Part shown: positions 1 through 10,200 of the stretch, piece after piece
Numbering within the stretch: position 1 is the stretch's first letter
Layout of the letters: each line of letters opens with the position of its first letter
Origin: Candidatus Omnitrophota bacterium
GTDB taxonomy: Bacteria > Ratteibacteria > UBA8468 > MWAK01
DNA length: 36,180 bases
Direction: 5' to 3'
Assembly: GCA_043797665.1 (NCBI GenBank)
Contig: JAZDPL010000032.1
Span: forward strand, 1 to 36,180
Translations under genes and position numbers: made by a program
Notes under the pieces: generated by a model
What the model was told of the DNA's origin: nothing
The model's database searches: none
Seen by the model: the letters and a program-made list of their open reading frames with translations, nothing else

Positions 1-1
1 T

Positions 2-493
2 TCTTACATCAGCGCCAGGCGGCCCGGCCTTCAGGCGGTTTTTGAGCGGTTTCTTAAAGCGGTTGGTTATTCCGCTTTGGCCGACGGCCACCTTTTTGGA
101 TTTGCCGGAAACGGAAACCTGGACAACGGCAGTATGTTCAGTCCGGAGCAATTCCTGCTGGACCTGGAGATTATGGAAGGTCTTGACTCTTTATGGACGG
201 CGCCGGATGTACCTCCGGTAGGAGATACGGCTGCCCGTATCAGTGAGGCTATTTTAAAAGAAGGAGGTAATTTTCTCACCTCTGAACATACCCTCAGGCA
301 CTACCGTGACGAAATGTGGAATCCGGGCTATTTTCAGTATCTGGCAAGTACCCGTAACGAAAAAGAGATACTGGACAGATGCCATGCTGATTACCGGGCA
401 ATGGTTGAGGATTACCGGCCGGTCTCTCATCCGGATGAAGTTATACGTGAACTAAAGAGAATTATAGAGAGAGCCAGGCAGAATCTTTTTTAG
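2..493 (+). CDS. Trimethylamine methyltransferase (MttB) superfamily protein, C-terminal part (5' truncated by window edge)
   Basis: Frame is open from base 2 (SYISARRPGLQAVFER...). C-terminal motifs G-x-L-D-x-G-x-x-FSPEQFLLD and GGNFLTSEHTLRHYR resemble the MttB family C-terminus. Confidence 0.75.
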   Translation, partial: SYISARRPGLQAVFERFLKAVGYSALADGHLFGFAGNGNLDNGSMFSPEQFLLDLEIMEGLDSLWTAPDVPPVGDTAARISEAILKEGGNFLTSEHTLRHYRDEMWNPGYFQYLASTRNEKEILDRCHADYRAMVEDYRPVSHPDEVIRELKRIIERARQNLF

Positions 494-631
494 CCGGTAT
501 TTTTGAAGCGCCCTTGGAAGATAGGAAATATAATTTGACAAACGGAATAGTGTGTGGAAAGGTATCGGAGGAGATTATCAAGTTCGGCAGATTGATGGGT
601 TGGAAAACGGTTATACTTTAAAAGAAAATAT

Positions 632-1708
632 ATGAATTTAGTATATAAACCGGACTGGGGAAAAACAAAAGAACGTTATCTTGCCTGGTGGGCCGGAGAA
701 GCCCTGGACCGGTGTGCTCTGGCCGTATATGCCCCGCGGGACAGTTTAAAAGAGGTTTCTCCGGTTATATTACCGGATGACCCGGTGGACCGGTGGACCA
801 ATCTTGATTTGATAAAAGAGTTGAATGAACATAACTTCCAGCATACTTTTTACGGCGGCGAGGCTTTTCCGGTTTGGAGCGGCGGCTATCCGGGACATAC
901 CTCGATACCGGCTTTTTTAGGTTGTCCGGTAACTCTGGATGAGAATACCGGTTGGCTGGACCCGATTTTACATGATAAAGAGTGGGATTTCCGGCAACTG
1001 GTTATCAATAAAGAGGGTGTCTGGTGGAGATTCACCATAAACCTGCTTACGGCCGCAGCCAGAGAGAGTAAGGGTAAATCGATACCCAGTATCGGCGCCT
1101 TTGGGGGGTGCGGGGATAGTTTGGCGGCACTGCGCGGTTCAAATAATTTATTAACGGACCTGTGCGATTGTCCGGAGCGGGTTGGGGAAGCGGAGTTGTA
1201 CCTGATGGATATCTGGATTGAGGTCTACACCGAATTTTACAATATCATCAAGGAATCGGCCGAAGGTTCCACCTGTTGGTTTCCTCTTTGGTCCCCGGGT
1301 AAATTTTATGCGGTCCAGAACGATTTTGCCTATATGATTTCCCCCAAGATGTTTCGGAGAATATTTTTGCCGGCGATTGAAAAACAATTGGCTTTTTTAG
1401 ACCATGCGGTCTATCATGTTGACGGTATCGGTAACTTTGCGCATATTCCGGTATTATGTGAATTGCCAAGATTACAGGCGATTCAGATTCTCCCCGGCGC
1501 CGGAAAACCCAGCCCCTTATGTTACATGGACAAGCTGAAGTATGTCCAGCAAAAGAAGAAGAACCTTCACCTTACTCTTCCACCGGAGGAGGTGGAAGAA
1601 GCGTTAAAGAATCTTTCCAGCCGGGGGTTGTTTATCAGCACCAGCTGCCAGAGTGAAGGAGAGGCAAAAGAGTTGTTGAAGAAAGCCAAAGAATGGTCAC
1701 ACGATTGA
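632..1708 (+). CDS. URO-D/MtaA-CmuA superfamily TIM-barrel protein ('trimethylamine corrinoid protein 2'-like)
   Basis: 358-aa ORF with DSLAALRG, QNDFAYMISPKMF, YHVDG and IQILPGAG motifs typical of this subfamily. Confidence 0.75.
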   Translation: MNLVYKPDWGKTKERYLAWWAGEALDRCALAVYAPRDSLKEVSPVILPDDPVDRWTNLDLIKELNEHNFQHTFYGGEAFPVWSGGYPGHTSIPAFLGCPVTLDENTGWLDPILHDKEWDFRQLVINKEGVWWRFTINLLTAAARESKGKSIPSIGAFGGCGDSLAALRGSNNLLTDLCDCPERVGEAELYLMDIWIEVYTEFYNIIKESAEGSTCWFPLWSPGKFYAVQNDFAYMISPKMFRRIFLPAIEKQLAFLDHAVYHVDGIGNFAHIPVLCELPRLQAIQILPGAGKPSPLCYMDKLKYVQQKKKNLHLTLPPEEVEEALKNLSSRGLFISTSCQSEGEAKELLKKAKEWSHD

Positions 1709-1734
1709 TAAGGGGCAACCCCTGAGGAGGTTTG

Positions 1735-2922
1735 ATGAAGAAACTGCGGGTGGGGGTATTTGGTATCAGACGCGGGGCAAATTTTGCCCGGGCATTCGAA
1801 GTCAATCCCCACACTAAATTAGTGGCTATTTGCGATCTTGACAACTTGAGGATTCAGGATTTCCTTCAGGGCAGAAAGGATGTTGCGGTTTATGAAGATT
1901 ACGATAAATTTCTGGAGCATGACTTAGACATTGTGGTTCTTTGTAACTACTGTACCGAACACGTGCCCGCTGCGATAAAGGCTTTAAGGGCAGGCAGTCA
2001 TGTTCTCTCGGAAGTAATCGCCTGCAAGACTTTAGCCGAAGGAGTTGCTCTCTGCCGGGCAGTGGAAAAAAGCAAAAGAGTATATATGTACGGTGAAAAT
2101 TACTGTTATTTTGTCTATACCCAGGAAATGCAAAAACTCTACCGTAAGGGTGTGATTGGCGAATACCGTTATGGTGAGTGTGAATATGTGCATGACTGTA
2201 GACCTATCTGGCATATTCTTACTGATGGACCTGACCACTGGCGAAACTGGCTTCCTGCCACTTATTATTGTACCCATTCTCTGGGACCAATTATAACCAT
2301 CACCGGAAGAAGACCGATAAAAGTAAACGGTTTTGTGGTTCTCAATACCTTATCCCGGGAAGTGGGAAGAAAGGGTGATGACTGGGGAGTTTTTGTCTGT
2401 ACCATGGATAACCAGGCCCTGACAAAAGTTACTGCCTGGTCTACCGGTCCCCATGATTCGATCTGGTATCGACTCCATGGAACAAAAGGGGCGATGGAGA
2501 ATAACCGCTGGAGAGATACCTCAATGTTAAATCTTTATCTTCAAAAGACGATTGACCGGGGAAAGGAAAAAAGTTATTTACCCACTTTCCGCAGGCAGGC
2601 GGGAAAGGCAAAGAAGTCCGGTCATGGTGGCAGCGATTTCTTTGTCGTCCGGGACTTTGTCCAGGCAATTCTTAAAAAAGAAAAACCACCTATTGATATC
2701 TATATGGCAATGGATATGACCCTGCCGGGTATCCTGGCATATCGTTCGGCCTTGGATAACAATGTTTCCGTAGAGGTCCCTGATTTTCGCCGGGAAGAAG
2801 TCCGAAAAAAGTATGAAGATGACGACTGGTCGCCTGACCCAAAGGATAAAAAGAAGGGGCAACCGCTCCCTTCTGTCTTGGGGGAAATCAAGATACCCGA
2901 TTCCGCTTATTTAAAACGATGA
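1735..2922 (+). CDS. Gfo/Idh/MocA family NAD(P)-dependent oxidoreductase
   Basis: N-terminal Rossmann segment LRVGVFG, HVLSEV, and C-terminal GHGGSD. GAGGAGG RBS before ATG 1735. Confidence 0.9.
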   Translation: MKKLRVGVFGIRRGANFARAFEVNPHTKLVAICDLDNLRIQDFLQGRKDVAVYEDYDKFLEHDLDIVVLCNYCTEHVPAAIKALRAGSHVLSEVIACKTLAEGVALCRAVEKSKRVYMYGENYCYFVYTQEMQKLYRKGVIGEYRYGECEYVHDCRPIWHILTDGPDHWRNWLPATYYCTHSLGPIITITGRRPIKVNGFVVLNTLSREVGRKGDDWGVFVCTMDNQALTKVTAWSTGPHDSIWYRLHGTKGAMENNRWRDTSMLNLYLQKTIDRGKEKSYLPTFRRQAGKAKKSGHGGSDFFVVRDFVQAILKKEKPPIDIYMAMDMTLPGILAYRSALDNNVSVEVPDFRREEVRKKYEDDDWSPDPKDKKKGQPLPSVLGEIKIPDSAYLKR

Positions 2923-3971
2923 ACAGAAAGAAATCCCCTTTGTTTGAAGTCAAAACGGTCGACAGCAATTTTTACGAAACATATCTGAGGGATTTTTTGC
3001 CGGAGAGAATTTTTGACGTCCATGTCCATATCTGGCATAATAAACTAATGAAGGGCAGGGAAGACTATTCCCGAATTGTAAAATGGCCTTCATTGGTAGC
3101 CAGAGATAATCCGATGGAAGACCTTCTGGAAACTTACCGCTTATTGTTCCCTGGAAAAAAGGTAACGCCTTTAGTATTTGCGAATCTGGGAGACCGGAGC
3201 GCTCTCGAAGGACTTAATGCTTATGTTTCCAAATCCGCAAAAAAACATGCGATACCAGCACTCATTTTTGCCGTGCCGGAATGGAAAGGGGGAGAATTGG
3301 AAGAAAAGATTAGGGCCGGGGGTTTTTGCGGTACGAAAGTTTATCTGCAATATGCACCTTTGTATATTCCGGACGATGAAATCCGGATATTTGATTTTAT
3401 ACCGCACCATCAACTTAAAGTTTTGAACGACCAGGGCTGGATACTGATGTTACATATTCCCCGACCGGCACGCTTGAGAGACCCGCTTAATCTTGCCCAG
3501 ATGGTGGAGATTGAAAAAAGATATCCCCGGATCAAACTTATTATTGCCCATGTCGGAAGGGCTTATTGTAATGAAGATGCTGGGAATGCTTTTGAAGTGC
3601 TTGCCCAGACAAAAAATGTGATGTTTGATATTTCCGCGAATACCAACGCCTGGGTTTTTGAGCAGTTGATAAAGGCGGTGGGTCCGAAGCGCATCCTTTT
3701 CGGCAGCGATTTGCCTATTACCAGAATGCGGATGCGGCGCATCTGCGAGAAGGGCTGCTACATAAATTTGGTGCCAAAAGGTCTTTACGGAAATATTTCT
3801 GAAGATAAACATATGAGAGAATTTACCGGGAAAAGAGCCGAAAGGTTGACTTTTTTTCTGTATGAAGAAATTATGGCTTTTCGCCGGGCGGCTGAGGAAA
3901 TTAGTTTGTCAAAAAACGAGATTGAAAATGTTTTTTATAACAATGCCTTAAAAATTATAGGGGATACGTAA
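2919..3971 (+). CDS. Amidohydrolase family (Amidohydro_2-like) metal-dependent hydrolase
   Basis: DVHVH, IIAHVGR, FGSDLP and terminal FYNNA motifs. ATGA overlap with the upstream gene. Confidence 0.88.
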   Translation: MNRKKSPLFEVKTVDSNFYETYLRDFLPERIFDVHVHIWHNKLMKGREDYSRIVKWPSLVARDNPMEDLLETYRLLFPGKKVTPLVFANLGDRSALEGLNAYVSKSAKKHAIPALIFAVPEWKGGELEEKIRAGGFCGTKVYLQYAPLYIPDDEIRIFDFIPHHQLKVLNDQGWILMLHIPRPARLRDPLNLAQMVEIEKRYPRIKLIIAHVGRAYCNEDAGNAFEVLAQTKNVMFDISANTNAWVFEQLIKAVGPKRILFGSDLPITRMRMRRICEKGCYINLVPKGLYGNISEDKHMREFTGKRAERLTFFLYEEIMAFRRAAEEISLSKNEIENVFYNNALKIIGDT

Positions 3972-4038
3972 TCCGGACTCTGGTGGGGGTAATAGAATAC
4001 GGTTGGGAAAACTCCTTAAAAAGGAGAAAGGGAGGAAC

Positions 4039-4812
4039 ATGGTTAAGCGGATGCTGGAACGGATGGTCAGGAAGTTTAATCCTATCAGAATGGGACGGAA
4101 GGCAGGGGAGGCGGATATTGACCCCTTTGTGACACGGATACAAGTACCCAACGGTCCCCAAAATGTGTGGACCAAGCACAGGAAATCTTTTACGTTGATA
4201 GAACTTTTGGTGGTCATCGCCATCATCGCCATCCTGGCGGCGATGTTGCTGCCAGCACTTTCCCAGGCAAGGGAAAAGGCGAGGCAGGCAAACTGTATGA
4301 ACAACCTGAAGCAAATCGTTCTGGCTTTGGTAATGTATAGCAACGATTATGAAGGGCGTCTTCCCCTTGCTTGGAACGGTGTTCAAATGTGGCACCAAGT
4401 CTTAAGCAATGGTGGTTATGCACCGCTCTGGACAGGCAACCAAAATTTTAAACTTTATCACTGTCCAAGTTGGCCGCCGAAGTCATACACCTCCTCCTTG
4501 AATTACCAAGATTCTTATGCCTTGTGTATTGAGGCCGATGTTGCACTTGCAGATGCTGTGCACATGAGACTGAATGACTTGTCTCAATCATCACGGCCAT
4601 TGGTGGCAGACAGCATCTATGCCGCCGGTAGCGGTACCGGACAGGGACAGTATTATTATGTGGCGAAAGATACCTCGTATTGGCAAATGATCCACCTTCG
4701 TCATAGCGGAAAAGCCAACATCGGCTTCCCAGACGGCCATGTGGCCCCGACCAGCAGGCAAGAACTCTATGACGCCGGCTTTATTTACGCTTCGGGCTAC
4801 GGAAATCCGTAA
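4039..4812 (+). CDS. Prepilin-type N-terminal cleavage/methylation domain protein with C-terminal H-X9-DG motif (DUF1559-like)
   Basis: [39 protein letters not shown] and [21 protein letters not shown] before ATG 4039. Confidence 0.92.
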   Translation: MVKRMLERMVRKFNPIRMGRKAGEADIDPFVTRIQVPNGPQNVWTKHRKSFTLIELLVVIAIIAILAAMLLPALSQAREKARQANCMNNLKQIVLALVMYSNDYEGRLPLAWNGVQMWHQVLSNGGYAPLWTGNQNFKLYHCPSWPPKSYTSSLNYQDSYALCIEADVALADAVHMRLNDLSQSSRPLVADSIYAAGSGTGQGQYYYVAKDTSYWQMIHLRHSGKANIGFPDGHVAPTSRQELYDAGFIYASGYGNP

Positions 4813-4885
4813 TTCGAACCGGAGAAAAAATAGGTAGTGTTTGAGAATGCGGGAAAGGAGATGGTAAAATGGGAAAAGAGTTTGT

Positions 4886-7105
4886 ATGGCGGTAACAAAG
4901 AAAATAAGCACGTTGAAGGGAAGAGAAGGGGTAACGATAAACCTGGATTCAGAAAAGGGTCTGCTGGTTTTTCGGAACAGCTTCATTTTGAGGGAGTTTA
5001 AACTTTCTCCGAGTTTCGGAACGGTCCGGTATCAATATGCGGTTTCCGGAAATAGCTTAGTCGATGCCGCTTGTCCCAGCAGAGAAGCCGTTTTGAAGAT
5101 AGACGGAAAGACGGTTTCCCTCGACGGGTCCTCCGGAGCAGACTTTAGATACCACAGTTACACCTTTGAGCAGATTGAAGACGGTAGCAGCGTTCTCCAC
5201 GTCTGGCTCTGCGGAAATGGAGATTTTGCAGAGAAAGGCCTGCGTTTAGGGCTTCATTACCAGCTTTATCCGGAAAGAGAGTACCTCATTAAGTGGATTA
5301 CGTTGCATAAAGAGAAGTCCGGAGAATTCGTGCTTCAGGAGGTTTTTCCGGAAGTCCTGAATATGCCTATGCCCTCAGGCGTTCTCAGGATGGTACAGCC
5401 TATGTCTCTTCATCGCTATGCCAAATGGCGGACGGCGGCTAGTCGCGAGCGTTTTCGTTACTGTGATAAGAATTTTCAGACCAGTTGCGACACCCCAACT
5501 TTTTTTCTTGACCGGCAGCCTGGCCCATTGGCCACTGGATTTAGTTTTGTAACCGATTATGTAAACATCGTGGAGGGTTTGCAATACGAAGAAGGCGGAG
5601 TCGGTGGTATCGGAGGCAGTATATTAGAAACCCGCGGCGCTGAAGCATTACAGGAGGTTATTGTCAAATACGGCATAGGTCCGGACGTTGTGGTAACGGC
5701 TGCAATGCCATTTGAATCATTTAAAACCTACGAACTATTTTTCAGGGGCGGTTTTGAGGACGGTTCTCTTGCTTTCAAAAGAATGCTTCGGAACCTCTGT
5801 CCGTGGATAAATCGCAATTATCTGACCGTCTTTCTTAATAAAGACTTATCTTTTGAGGAGTGCCAAAAAAATATTAAGGCTGCCGGTGAGGCTGGATTTG
5901 AATTATGGGTGCCGGGAGTGCGCACAATTTTTGAACGGCACGACGGCAATCTGGAAATCAATAAAAAATTATTTCCGAAGGGAATGGAACAAGTCAAGGC
6001 GTTAGCAGATTATGCGCACTCCCTTGGTATGAAGATAACGGTATATCTCGGTCACGAATGGGCCCTTTGGGATATGAAAGAATCAGAGCCGATTAACCGA
6101 AATGGGTGGCAATTGAGAAGGAATGACGGCCTGCCGTTTCTGGATTCCGATAACCCAACAGCGGCGTGTCTGGCTTCCGGTTATGAGGAACACATTCTGA
6201 CGAAAATTCTGAAATTTCTTGAAGGTTCGGGGTTCGATGGCGTTGACCCTGACGGACCTTATGACGGTTGGTTGTGTTACGACACCACGCACCACCACCG
6301 TTCGCCCGGTCATTCTCAATATCTTCAGTGGGAGGCGCAGAAAAAGTTCTATCGTACTTTGCGAAAGCTCGGTTACTGGATTGATGCCCCGGCCAGTCTT
6401 TCTTCCCTGTTTCACGGCAACGGACCGATTCCAGTTGGCGCCGAATCCTGGCGGGTCGGGGGGGCTTACGAAGCGGGCCACCAGACCCAGGGAATAATAC
6501 GGCTCTATTCGGAATGGGAAGAGGTTTTGACGGTGCGCCAGGACTTATGGTATGCCTCGTTTATTTTTCCTCCTACGGTAATGAGACATTCTCTGTCAAC
6601 CTGGAGCGACCTTGAAAATCGCCCGGAAGAGATGCTTGACCACTGGATAGCCACCTTATTAGGGTACGGAGTTCAGGCAACTTTCAGAGGAGACGTCAAC
6701 GAAAAGAACGCTCCTGCATTTAAAAAATGGGCGGATTTTTTCAAGCGATACCGTGCCATTCTTGAATCGGACTTTGTGCATCTTCTCTATCCGGATGGCA
6801 ATCACATTGATGCGATTATGCACGTTAATTCTGAAGTCGCCCCGCCTGGTTTTTTGATGATTTATAACCCCACGCCATTATTTTTGCGTCAGTCTATCGT
6901 TATACCGGCGGCAGGTCTCGAAGCGGGCAAGAAGATAATCTGTACAGGCAAAGATGGCCGGGTAAGACATATTGACGTTGAAAAAGGGAAAATACCTTCA
7001 GGAATTATTGAAGGCAATCTTGCGCCGGATTGTCCGGTGGCTGTTTTGAACGTGGAACTGACACCACGGGAAATCGCGTGGTACGAAGTTGCACCAGTAA
7101 AGTAA
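4886..7105 (+). CDS. Divergent glycoside hydrolase, clan GH-D (GH36/GH27-like TIM barrel)
   Basis: FPKGM...LADYAHSLGMKITVY, CLASGY and GFDGVDPDG resemble the alpha-galactosidase barrel. Confidence 0.6.
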   Translation: MAVTKKISTLKGREGVTINLDSEKGLLVFRNSFILREFKLSPSFGTVRYQYAVSGNSLVDAACPSREAVLKIDGKTVSLDGSSGADFRYHSYTFEQIEDGSSVLHVWLCGNGDFAEKGLRLGLHYQLYPEREYLIKWITLHKEKSGEFVLQEVFPEVLNMPMPSGVLRMVQPMSLHRYAKWRTAASRERFRYCDKNFQTSCDTPTFFLDRQPGPLATGFSFVTDYVNIVEGLQYEEGGVGGIGGSILETRGAEALQEVIVKYGIGPDVVVTAAMPFESFKTYELFFRGGFEDGSLAFKRMLRNLCPWINRNYLTVFLNKDLSFEECQKNIKAAGEAGFELWVPGVRTIFERHDGNLEINKKLFPKGMEQVKALADYAHSLGMKITVYLGHEWALWDMKESEPINRNGWQLRRNDGLPFLDSDNPTAACLASGYEEHILTKILKFLEGSGFDGVDPDGPYDGWLCYDTTHHHRSPGHSQYLQWEAQKKFYRTLRKLGYWIDAPASLSSLFHGNGPIPVGAESWRVGGAYEAGHQTQGIIRLYSEWEEVLTVRQDLWYASFIFPPTVMRHSLSTWSDLENRPEEMLDHWIATLLGYGVQATFRGDVNEKNAPAFKKWADFFKRYRAILESDFVHLLYPDGNHIDAIMHVNSEVAPPGFLMIYNPTPLFLRQSIVIPAAGLEAGKKIICTGKDGRVRHIDVEKGKIPSGIIEGNLAPDCPVAVLNVELTPREIAWYEVAPVK

Positions 7106-7112
7106 AGGGTAT

Positions 7113-7242
7113 CTTGAACCTACAGGAATTTATATCTTTTATGCTATGCTCCGTAGGTTCAAGGGGGGATTGCCAAGGGGGTGTAAACCCCCTTTGGAAC
7201 GGGTTCCCTACCATCAAGGTAGGGGATCCGAGCGAAGCGAGG
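7113..7242. repeat. Composite intergenic palindrome cluster
   Basis: 11-bp IR cttgaacctac (7113-7123)/gtaggttcaag (7153-7163); hairpin aagggggt-gtaa-accccctt (7175-7194); 7201-7225 is the exact reverse complement of 18077-18101; 7121-7136 is identical to 20986-21001. Confidence 0.85.
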
Positions 7243-7265
7243 TGCGACTTGATGAGGAGGCGGGT

Positions 7266-10200
7266 ATGAAGAGAAAGTGTTTATGGTTAGGCTCGGTCGG
7301 TTTATTTTTGGTGGTTGGATTGCTGGCGTTGTCGGTTCCGCAAGTAAGGGCGGAGGAGGTTCTCATTAAAGAGAATTTTGAAAATATTTCCCTTGACAGT
7401 CTGCCTGCAGGATGGGGAATAGCCGTGAGCGGAGGAGCAAAGATTTCGGTGATTAAAAAGGAGGGCGAAAACCAGGGGAAATGTCTCAAGTTTCAGAATG
7501 CCACCGATGCAAATCAGAGTTCCGAGCCGGATTTAGAAATAGCGGTTCCGATGAAGGGCACGGTTCGTCTTTCTTTTGACATTCTACCGGAAGATGCAAA
7601 TTCGCCTTTTACCGTCGCTCCGAGAATGGACTGGACACCTGATCGTCCCAACGGATTCGCAGGTCCCTATCTGGTAATCGGAAAAGAAGGGCGTATTTCG
7701 GCTAAGTGCGCCAACAATTGGGTTGATTTTGGAGAAATGCCGGCCGGAAAGTGGGTCCACGTAGAGATGGTGATGCGGATGAAAGGTTACGGCGATGTTT
7801 CGTGGGACTTATCCATTAAAGTTCCCTCGACAACGTCTGAAGGTCAGGTTAGAACTTATAAGGGATTGGCTTATCTGGTCCTCGAGCAGGCGCCAGAGAT
7901 GCTGAACCGTTTGGTCTTTCACGGAACCAACCAGAATTCAGCTGCAACCTATTTTGACAACCTTACCCTTGAAATTATTGAAATTCCTGCGGCGGCAAAA
8001 CCGCAGGCAACAAAAACGGAAAACGATGATCGTCTCCTGACAGAGAAAAGGGACTCGCCGGCGGTCCCTTCTGCGTCCGGAGAAACAGCCAATCTCTGCC
8101 TCAGGATTCCTAAGCCGGAGATTACGGTGAATAGTTTTATCGCCGGGTTTGGCGAATCTAACCATGCGACCGTCGCCAAAAGACTTATTGACGGCGACGT
8201 AAAAACCTACTGGCTGTCCGGGAGCAGAAAAACCGCGATTACTGTAAAATTTCCGAACCCGGTAACCGTTTCTCAGTCATACTGGTTTCACGCTAATATT
8301 CCAACCGGCATACTTGACGAAAGGGGATTCAAGGATTACACCATTGAAACTTCTCTTGACGGAATAAAATGGCAGGAAGTAGTTTCGGTGCGGGATTATA
8401 AGGGCGGAAAAAGATATGACACGTTTACTTCTCATACGGCAAAGTACGTAAAACTGAACATTCTTCAATGTCAAGGCTTCTTGCTGCCTTGTTTATGTGA
8501 ATGGGAATTGTATGAAACTCCCAAGGTTTATCCGGCGGGTGAAGACAAACCGGCCGTCTCCTTTAATGTCCCGCTAATAGCAAAGACATTGTCAGCCGGC
8601 GTCTCTTCAGATAAGATATTGTACGCTCCGGGTGAAAGTCCTAAGTTTACGATTGTCATCAATAATAACCGCAGGAAAGATGCGCAATTACATATTATTC
8701 TTTTGCTTCGCAGGGGAGTTGAAGAACCAACCGTAATCAAAGAGTGGAACACCTTTCTGCGTAACGGTTCGTCAAAATCTTTAAATTACATCTGCCATAA
8801 TATTCGTGATGAATATGGATACCTCCTGCGCGCCATTATTAAAGAAGACGGTGTAGAAATTGCGCAGTCCGATTGTGTCTTTGAAATGGCGGACAATTGG
8901 GCAAAGATTGCCCGGTATAATGGGGATTCGGGCGAAGAGAAATTAGTTTCTGATTTCCCGCAAGAAGAGATTGACCGGGTCCACATTCCTCTCTGGAGGA
9001 AACTACACCTAAATTGTATAGAGATGTTTGGTCAGCACGTCTTTTTCAACCAGCATTTCACCGATAACGACGAGTGGAATTCTCCGTATCCGAACCATTT
9101 TAATCGTAGAGTCAGCGCAAAGACTACCCAGATGTGGGTAAAGGCTTGCAAAGATAATGGAATTAGAATCCTCACCTATTCTGAATCTGGGGCATTAAGT
9201 CCGGAATTGAAATTTGACCTTATTCACCCGGAATGGATTGTTTATGGACCGTTAAAATTTCCCGATGCAACTAAATATCTTTATACGATGTGGATGTATT
9301 TCCCTGACATGGCCGGTACTTTTCCCGCCGGAAAACCCGTCGTGGCGCCCGACCTCCATTATAATGACGTCGGAGACATGAGAGCCATGACCGGATATCT
9401 GGCGAAAGATTTTGCGCAGGCCACTAAACGATTTGGATGGGAAGGTTGTTTCTTTGATTCGCTTCCGTGGGCATTTGAAGACTCCGCCTTCGGGTGCGAT
9501 AAAAACGGAAAACCTTTGAATGTTCTTTCTCCCGACGAAATCGGCGCGCAGTTTTTATCACAATTAAAGAAGGAAATTTATAAAGATACCGGGGTCAAGT
9601 TTGTCCCCGTGGCAAATTTCGGATTGCCTGAGGGTCTTTCTCCCTGGCGCGAGGTCAATCCTGACCTGCAGGATTTCAGGAAGAGCAGAGCCATTTATAG
9701 AAAAACGGCATCTGAGATGGGTATCTTCTGTGTAGAGCAGCAGTCTTTTCCTACCTGGAAAGACCCCTCCGGACAGTATATCTATCCGCAAACGATAGAG
9801 GAGACCGTTCGCGCCCTTCGGCTTATCCGGGAGGCCAACGATGTTAACGTTCCCGTTATGCTCCTGCCATTGCGATACGTCACCGGTCTGTCGCAAACGC
9901 CGGTAGACGCCAACTTCCTCTATTCCTCCGCAGCCGCTTCCGGGGTTCTTTTGTTTATGGGTCGTGTGACGCTTCCGCGGCGAGTGCTGGAACTGTCTAT
10001 GTCCGAAGATCCTGCTATGGAAGTTGAAGCCAACTATAACCGGTTTGCATCCCGGTACGGAGAATACCTTTTTGATTTGAATATCCGCTGGCTGCCAAAG
10101 GAAGAAGTGGAATGTTTTGTACCGGAAAACGTCTGGTGGAAAGACTTGGTTTCCTGCCGGAAGTATGGGGATGGTAGGTTTGATATTTATGTCCACCTGA

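Noticed and set aside
2..493. Pyrrolysine (TAG) read-through in the MttB-like gene
   Set aside because: No in-frame TAG in the visible part. The expected Pyl position would lie just upstream of the window, so it cannot be judged.
1711..1723. Mini hairpin aggggcaacccct, with similar words at 18364-18374 and about 12414-12428, each near a stop codon
   Set aside because: Too short to separate from chance or simple terminator-like stems.
7146..7265. 40-aa N-terminal extension of the 1099-aa ORF
   Set aside because: It is translated repeat DNA. The strong RBS and signal peptide start at 7266.
9564..10196. 210-aa antisense ORF
   Set aside because: Shadow of the GH66-like gene with no motifs.
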